Of a stretch of 30,384 bases of DNA, positions 25,339 to 30,384 are shown piece by piece. The notes under the pieces were generated by a model. The model was not told the origin of the DNA, did no database searches, and saw nothing but the letters and a program-made list of their open reading frames with translations. Position numbers and translations under genes: made by a program. The DNA comes from Myxococcota bacterium (GTDB lineage: Bacteria; Myxococcota_A; UBA9160; UBA4427), in NCBI GenBank assembly GCA_036336835.1, contig JAYZFK010000064.1:1-30384 (forward strand), in the 5' to 3' direction. Positions within the stretch are counted from its first letter, which is position 1, and each line of letters opens with the position of its first letter.

Positions 25339-26577
25339 CTACCAGCGCAGCGGTAGCCGCGCCAGGCCGCGCAGGAACAGGCTCGGCCGGAACTCCGGCG
25401 CGCCGCCGTCCAGTTCGAGTTTCGGAAAACGTTGCACCAGGGTCGAGATCGCGGTCTGGATCTCGAGGCGCGCGAGGGTCTTGCCCAGACAAACGTAGCG
25501 CCCGAGGCCGAAGCTGAAGTGGCTCCCGGCACGGCGCGCGATGTCGAGGCGATCGGGCTCGTCATAGACGGCCGGATCGCGATTCGCTGCGCCGTTGATG
25601 ATCACGCACACCTGCCCGGCGGGAACCCGCACCCCGTCGAGGTCGAGGTCCTCGGGGCCGACCCGCTGGCTGATCTGAACCGAGCTGTCCCAGCGGATCA
25701 GCTCCTCGACGGCGTCCTCGATCCGCCCGGGCTCGCGTTGCAGCAGCTCGAGCTGATCGCGGTGCTGCAACAGGCCCAGCGTGCCGAGCCCGATCAGGTC
25801 GGCCGTCGTCTCGTGGCCGGCCTGGAGCAGGATGATGCACGAGGCCACCAGGTCTTCGTCCTCCAGCGGACCCTCGTCGTCCTCGAGCTGCACGAGCGCG
25901 GTCATCAAGTCGTCGCGGGGCCGTTCGCGTCGCTGGCGGATCAGCTCGAGGAAGTAGCCGCGGAAGCCCTCGGTCGCGGCCTCGCCCTCGTGGATGCGCT
26001 GCTCACTCACGTCCGATACGTCGCCCCGGCGGGCGAAGCCGTGCGCCCAGCCGTAGAAGTGGTCGAGATCCTCGGGCGGCACTCCGAGCATCTCGCAGAT
26101 CACGATCACCGGAAGCGGGTAGGCGAAGTCGGCGACCAGGTCCAGACGACCCACGTCCTCGGCCCGGTCCAGCAGTCCGTCGACCAGCTGCCCGATGCGT
26201 CCGCGTCGCTCTTCGATGGCGCGCGGCGTGAAGGCGCGCGACAACAGGTCGCGGATGCGGTCGTGATCGGGCGGGTCCCGGTACAGCAGCAGCCGCTTCA
26301 TCATCTCGTAGAACTGCTGCCCGGCGGGGCCGGCGTCGAAGATCTCGACGGCGCGGCGGTCGCTCACCATCAGCGGGTTGCGAAGCACCGTCTCGACCAG
26401 CCGATGGCTCGTCAGGACGACGGCGCTCTCGTTGTTGAGCGCTGTCGTCGGATGGGCCGGCGCCAGCTCACGCAGCCGGTGGTAGTAGGGATACAGCGCG
26501 CCGCGGCGATCGGGATCGAGAATGATCTCGAACACCTCGGTCGGATCGTCGAGCGATTCGGGTGCGACCGCAGCCAT
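25339..26577 (-). CDS. Cytochrome P450
   Basis: DPPDHDRIR, AGHETT, EELIR, AANRDP, FGLGRYVCLG. Confidence 0.95.
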   Translation of the reverse strand: MAAVAPESLDDPTEVFEIILDPDRRGALYPYYHRLRELAPAHPTTALNNESAVVLTSHRLVETVLRNPLMVSDRRAVEIFDAGPAGQQFYEMMKRLLLYRDPPDHDRIRDLLSRAFTPRAIEERRGRIGQLVDGLLDRAEDVGRLDLVADFAYPLPVIVICEMLGVPPEDLDHFYGWAHGFARRGDVSDVSEQRIHEGEAATEGFRGYFLELIRQRRERPRDDLMTALVQLEDDEGPLEDEDLVASCIILLQAGHETTADLIGLGTLGLLQHRDQLELLQREPGRIEDAVEELIRWDSSVQISQRVGPEDLDLDGVRVPAGQVCVIINGAANRDPAVYDEPDRLDIARRAGSHFSFGLGRYVCLGKTLARLEIQTAISTLVQRFPKLELDGGAPEFRPSLFLRGLARLPLRW

Positions 26578-26650
26578 GCGCGTTGTGCCTCGGCTCGATC
26601 ATGCCCCGACGGCGCTTGTAGCGTCAAACCGAGTCTGGTAGAGACGGCGC

Positions 26651-27550
26651 ATGCGGCCGACGAGTCGAAGGATCTCCGGAGCGGACGACGTCGCGCTCAA
26701 CCTGCTCGACTGGGGCGGCGGGGGCGGCGATCGGCCGCCGCTGCTGTTCGTGCACGGCTACGGCCACAACGCCCGCCTGTGGGACCCGCTGGTCCCCGAC
26801 CTGGCGGACCACTACCGCGTACTCGCCCTGGACAGCCGAGGCCACGGCGACTCGGAGCCCGATCCCGAGTACCGCTATCACAACGCCGCGATCGGGCGGG
26901 ACGTCGAGGCCGTCGTCGATCAGCTGAAGCTCGAGCGGGTCGCGCTGGTCGGCCACTCCCAGGGCGGGCACGCGTGCCTGCGTTTCGCCGGCCGGCATCC
27001 CGAGCGCACCAGCCGCCTCGTCCTGGCCGACGCGGGCCCCGACATTCCGTCGGGGGGCACCGGTGCGCCGCCGGCCAGCCTCCGCCTGCTCGCTCCGAGC
27101 TTCGAGAGCGTCGCCGCCTACGCCGCGATCCTGGGGGAGCTGTATCCGCTGCTCGACGCGGCAGCCCGCGCGTCGCTGGCCGAGCACTCGCTGCGCCCGA
27201 CCGACGACGGCCGCCACGCCCCGAGGCTCGACGCCCGCTTCCTGCGCAGGGAGTCGAAGCGCGACGCCGAGAGCCGCGTGAGCTTCGATCGTCAGGCCTG
27301 GGCGGCGAAGGAGAACGCGCGAATCTGGCACTACCTGGAGCGGATCACCTGCCCCACGCTGGTCGTCCGCGGAGAGCACTCGCCGCTGCTCTCGGCCGAG
27401 ACCGTCCGACGCATGGTCGACGACGTGCTCGCCGACTCTCGTGCCGTCGAGATCCCGGATGCGGGCCACGCGCTGATGCTCGACAACCCCGCCGCCTTCC
27501 GCGCCGCACTGCTGGCGTTTCTCTGCGCGCAGGGGTCCATCCGGGAGTGA
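26651..27550 (+). CDS. Alpha/beta hydrolase
   Basis: FVHGYG, DSRGHGDS, GHSQGG nucleophile elbow, PTLVVRG, AGH. Confidence 0.93.
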   Translation: MRPTSRRISGADDVALNLLDWGGGGGDRPPLLFVHGYGHNARLWDPLVPDLADHYRVLALDSRGHGDSEPDPEYRYHNAAIGRDVEAVVDQLKLERVALVGHSQGGHACLRFAGRHPERTSRLVLADAGPDIPSGGTGAPPASLRLLAPSFESVAAYAAILGELYPLLDAAARASLAEHSLRPTDDGRHAPRLDARFLRRESKRDAESRVSFDRQAWAAKENARIWHYLERITCPTLVVRGEHSPLLSAETVRRMVDDVLADSRAVEIPDAGHALMLDNPAAFRAALLAFLCAQGSIRE

Positions 27551-27560
27551 CCTCCGGAGA

Positions 27561-27636
27561 GGCGGCTCCAGGTCGAGCCGCGGGGGACGACGTTCCTCGT
27601 CAGCCGCCTGATGCGCTCGCGCCCCGCGGCGGACCT
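27561..27636. terminator. GC-rich multi-stem structure between convergent genes (possible bidirectional terminator)
   Basis: GCCGCGGGG (27577-85) / CCCCGCGGC (27622-30) extended by AGGTC/GACCT; inner GACGA/TCGTC hairpin; alternative GCGGCTC/GAGCCGC hairpin. No U-tract. Confidence 0.35.
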
Positions 27637-27646
27637 TCGCCCGGCC

Positions 27647-28534
27647 TCACAGCAAGCGCCCCGTCGTGTGCTCGCCCTTGAGCGTGGTTCGCTGGACTTC
27701 GCGCTCGCACTCGAGCGGGGTCCCGAAGGCGCTGTGCATGGTGCGCCAGTTGTCCCACAGCACCATGTCGCCGAGCTCCCAGTCGTGGACATAGGTGAAG
27801 CGCCCATCCGTCGTGTGGGTGACCAGCTCCTCGAGCAGGGCGTCGCCTTCGGCCTCGTCCATCTCGATCACCGAGACCAGCTGCACGGGACTCACGTTGA
27901 GCGACTTCTTGCCGCTCTCCGGATGGATCCAGACGAGGGGCTGCGCCACCGGAGGAAACTCGGGGAACGGGGTCGTCCCCATGCTGCCGTGTCGCAGCTT
28001 CTCGGGACGACCGAAGCGCATCTCGCAGATGTCCGCGACGAAGTCGAAGCGCGCCTCGAGCGGCTCGATCCGCTGCCGGGTGGCGGCGGGCAGGGCCTGA
28101 TAGGCGGCCGCCGTGTCGATCCAGCCCGTCTGCCCGCCCCGGCTGGGCTTCTCCACCATGCGCAGCAGCGCACCGCGACACGGCGTCGGCATGTAGATCA
28201 GGTCCGAGTGCCAGGGGATCATGCCGGCGATCGGCTCGCCGTCGAAGTAGTGGATGATCGGCTCGTTGTCGCCCACGCTGCTCAGGCTGATGATCTCGGG
28301 GTGGTCCTCGAGCCGAATGCTCTCGACCGGGTGGACCTCGAGCTCCCCGAAGCAGCGGCTCAGCGCGAGGTGGCGCTCGGAGCTGGTGCCGATGCCCCGG
28401 AACAGCATGATCCCCGCGTCCAGCCAGACGTCGTAGAGATCCTGCCGGGTCGCGTCGCTCAACGGACGGTCGAGATCCAGGCCGACGATCTCGACCCCGA
28501 CCTCCGCGTCCAGACGCCTGGCCTCGAAGCTCAC
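27647..28534 (-). CDS. TauD/TfdA family Fe(II)/2-oxoglutarate dioxygenase
   Basis: GTG 28534 (GTGA overlap); GVEIVGLDL, WHSD (HxD), GGQTGW, PLVWIHPESG, WDNWRTMH...VQRTT. Confidence 0.93.
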   Translation of the reverse strand: MSFEARRLDAEVGVEIVGLDLDRPLSDATRQDLYDVWLDAGIMLFRGIGTSSERHLALSRCFGELEVHPVESIRLEDHPEIISLSSVGDNEPIIHYFDGEPIAGMIPWHSDLIYMPTPCRGALLRMVEKPSRGGQTGWIDTAAAYQALPAATRQRIEPLEARFDFVADICEMRFGRPEKLRHGSMGTTPFPEFPPVAQPLVWIHPESGKKSLNVSPVQLVSVIEMDEAEGDALLEELVTHTTDGRFTYVHDWELGDMVLWDNWRTMHSAFGTPLECEREVQRTTLKGEHTTGRLL

Positions 28535-29436
28535 GCTACGTCCGTCAGCGGCAGCGGCGGCGGCGGCGTCGCCAACAGCTGCCGCGTCTGCGCGGGGTCG
28601 GCAATCTCGCGGCCGACGGCGCGCGCCATCTCGACCACCCGCGACACCTGCTCGGCATTGGTCAGCAGCTCTCCCTCGAACAGCGGATTGTCGCCGACAC
28701 CCGTGCGCACGTGCCCACCCTGCTCGACCGCATGGCGCGAGAGCTCGGCGTGCCGGTCGCCTTCCACGTAGGTCATCCAGCGATACGGGACGTCTTGCGG
28801 GATGATCGCAGCGGTGAGCAGCCGGAGCCCTTCCGGGCTGGGAGCGACGCCCCAGGCGTGGTTTGCGCTCATGGTGACCTTGAACAGCAACGGCCCGCTC
28901 ACCCAGCCCATCGCCCGATAGGCGAGCACGTGGCGTACGTGGCCGAGCTCGCGAACCGTGTAGCTGTACTGGATGCCGTGCTCGGCACAGCGGTCGAAGA
29001 AATAGCGGACCTCGGCGTGCGAGACGCTGAGCACGAAGTCCCAGCCAAGCTCGCGCGCCTCGGGGTCGAAGTCCGCGTAGTTGACGGCGCCGGGATCGAT
29101 CGTCGCGAAGTCGAGCCGGATCTCGGGATCCTCGGCGAGCGCGACCAGGTGGGAGAAGCGCTCTTGCGGGGTCGGGGACGCGCCGTAGGTCGGATACAGC
29201 AGCAGGTCCGAACACTCCCGCCGGATCTGGCGCATGACGTCGCGATAGAACTCGGTCCCGGGGTGCAGCAGGTCGCCGGTCTGGCTGTCCCGCGCGTGGA
29301 AGTGGACGATCGACGCCCCGGCCTCGGCCGCAGCGAGTGCATCGGCGACCAGCTCGTCCGGCGCGATCGGCACGCTCGGATTCTGCTGCCTGGTCACCTG
29401 CTCGTTGAGCGCGCACTCGATGATCAGCGGCTCCAT
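28531..29436 (-). CDS. BKACE / DUF849 (3-keto-5-aminohexanoate cleavage family) protein
   Basis: PLIIECALN, NPSVPIAPDEL, AGASIVHFHARD, GGHVRTGVGD, TNAEQV, GREIADP. Confidence 0.9.
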   Translation of the reverse strand: MEPLIIECALNEQVTRQQNPSVPIAPDELVADALAAAEAGASIVHFHARDSQTGDLLHPGTEFYRDVMRQIRRECSDLLLYPTYGASPTPQERFSHLVALAEDPEIRLDFATIDPGAVNYADFDPEARELGWDFVLSVSHAEVRYFFDRCAEHGIQYSYTVRELGHVRHVLAYRAMGWVSGPLLFKVTMSANHAWGVAPSPEGLRLLTAAIIPQDVPYRWMTYVEGDRHAELSRHAVEQGGHVRTGVGDNPLFEGELLTNAEQVSRVVEMARAVGREIADPAQTRQLLATPPPPLPLTDVA

Positions 29437-29514
29437 CGCGGCCAGCAGCCTACCCCGCCCGCCGCCAGCCCGGGGGCAGAATCGGCTGGCTGCTACTCAC
29501 CGAGCTCGGGCGGG

Positions 29515-30384
29515 TCAGCCCGCCGCAGCCGGAATGACGTGCTCTGCCACCAGCCGCAGGCTCTGCCAGGCGAGCTCGGGCGGGAGCCCGCCGCACAGTG
29601 GTTGCAGTGACAGCATCCCGTGCTCGCGAACGTGCGCGATCGCTTCGTCGACGGAGAAGATCCGATAGTTTCCGCCCTCGGCGCGCAGCGAGTCGACGTC
29701 GACCGCGCTCGATTTGGTGATGGCGTCGTGGTCGCCACCCATCCACTCGGCGTACATCTGCGCATCGTGCAGCAGATAGGGTCCGTACTCCTGCCAGGCG
29801 GCGTCGGGATCCACGGCGACGAAGGCCGAGCTCACGCTGCCCTCCGGCGCGTCGGCGAAGGTCCCGGGCGTCGTCCCGGCCTTCTCGCACTCCTCGCGGT
29901 AGACGGCCTCGAGGCCCGTCGCCCCCTCGGTCAGCACACCCAGGCCGAAGCGCGCGGCGCGCCGGATCACGCGCTCGCTGTGGCCCCCCATGAGCAGCGT
30001 GGGCCCGCCGAGCGTGAAGGGTGCCGGCCGCAGCCACACGCTGCGGCCCTCGTACTCGAAGGGCTCGGCCGTGAAGGCATCGCGCAGCACGCCGAGACAC
30101 TCCTCCATGCGGCGACCGCGGCCGCGGAAATCGCGACCCAGCATCGCGTACTCCTCGGGCCGGTAGCCCACCGCCACGATGTAGCTGACCCGCCCGCGCG
30201 AGATGTGATCGAGGATCACCATGTCCTCGGCGATCCGCACGGGATCGTGCAGCGGGAGCAGCAGCGCCCCGATCATGATCGGAATCCGCTCGGTAGCAGC
30301 CGCGACCGCCGAGGCCAGGATCAACGGCGAGGGCAGATAGCCGTCGCTCGAGTGATGGTGCTCGCTGATCAGCACCGATACGCC
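29515..30384 (-). CDS. LLM-class flavin/F420-dependent oxidoreductase, 5' end outside the window
   Basis: Frame open to the window edge; SEHH, YLPSPL, LPLHDPVRIAED...DHISRGR, GYRPEEY, RRAARFG. Confidence 0.92.
   Translation of the reverse strand, partial: GVSVLISEHHHSSDGYLPSPLILASAVAAATERIPIMIGALLLPLHDPVRIAEDMVILDHISRGRVSYIVAVGYRPEEYAMLGRDFRGRGRRMEECLGVLRDAFTAEPFEYEGRSVWLRPAPFTLGGPTLLMGGHSERVIRRAARFGLGVLTEGATGLEAVYREECEKAGTTPGTFADAPEGSVSSAFVAVDPDAAWQEYGPYLLHDAQMYAEWMGGDHDAITKSSAVDVDSLRAEGGNYRIFSVDEAIAHVREHGMLSLQPLCGGLPPELAWQSLRLVAEHVIPAAAG

Noticed and set aside
27647..28534. Calling this gene tauD (taurine dioxygenase)
   Set aside because: Family motifs are clear but the substrate loop reads HPVES rather than the HPVY of E. 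coli TauD; substrate unassigned.
1..30384. Other recoded TGA stops, Sec machinery, tRNA/rRNA, transposases, defence systems
   Set aside because: Other TGA stops fall at natural C-termini of complete domains; no selA/B/C/D, structural RNA or mobile-element signatures were recognised by eye.

Overview
High-GC bacterial window, gene-dense, about 28 CDSs, almost all catabolic. It holds three acyl-CoA ligases, two cytochrome P450s, an Ltp2-like thiolase-fold protein with an OB-fold (DUF35) partner, three SDRs, two luciferase-like (LLM) oxidoreductases, an amidase, a crotonase, a fused double CaiB/BaiF CoA-transferase, TauD-family and BKACE/DUF849 enzymes, SnoaL, VOC and NIPSNAP-like proteins, an MFS transporter, an orphan solute-binding-fold protein and a sulfatase-like lipoprotein. 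This fits a lipid/steroid/aromatic-acid degradation island; the substrate is inferred, not shown. I saw no rRNA, tRNA, CRISPR array, transposase or transcriptional regulator. The main hidden signal is at 20463-20987 (+): the ORF track splits one AhpD/CMD-family gene in two at an in-frame TGA. That TGA sits at the second Cys of the CxxC motif (C-H-V-U) and is followed by a hairpin matching the bacterial SECIS consensus, so this is a probable selenoprotein inside a CoA-transferase / 2-hydroxyacid dehydrogenase / VOC operon. Other oddities: an internally deleted IlvC-like gene whose RBS lies in an 11-bp inverted repeat, several enzymes with substituted canonical residues, two in-frame tandem repeats and a likely CTG start. 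All family calls come from motifs read by eye; no database search was run.
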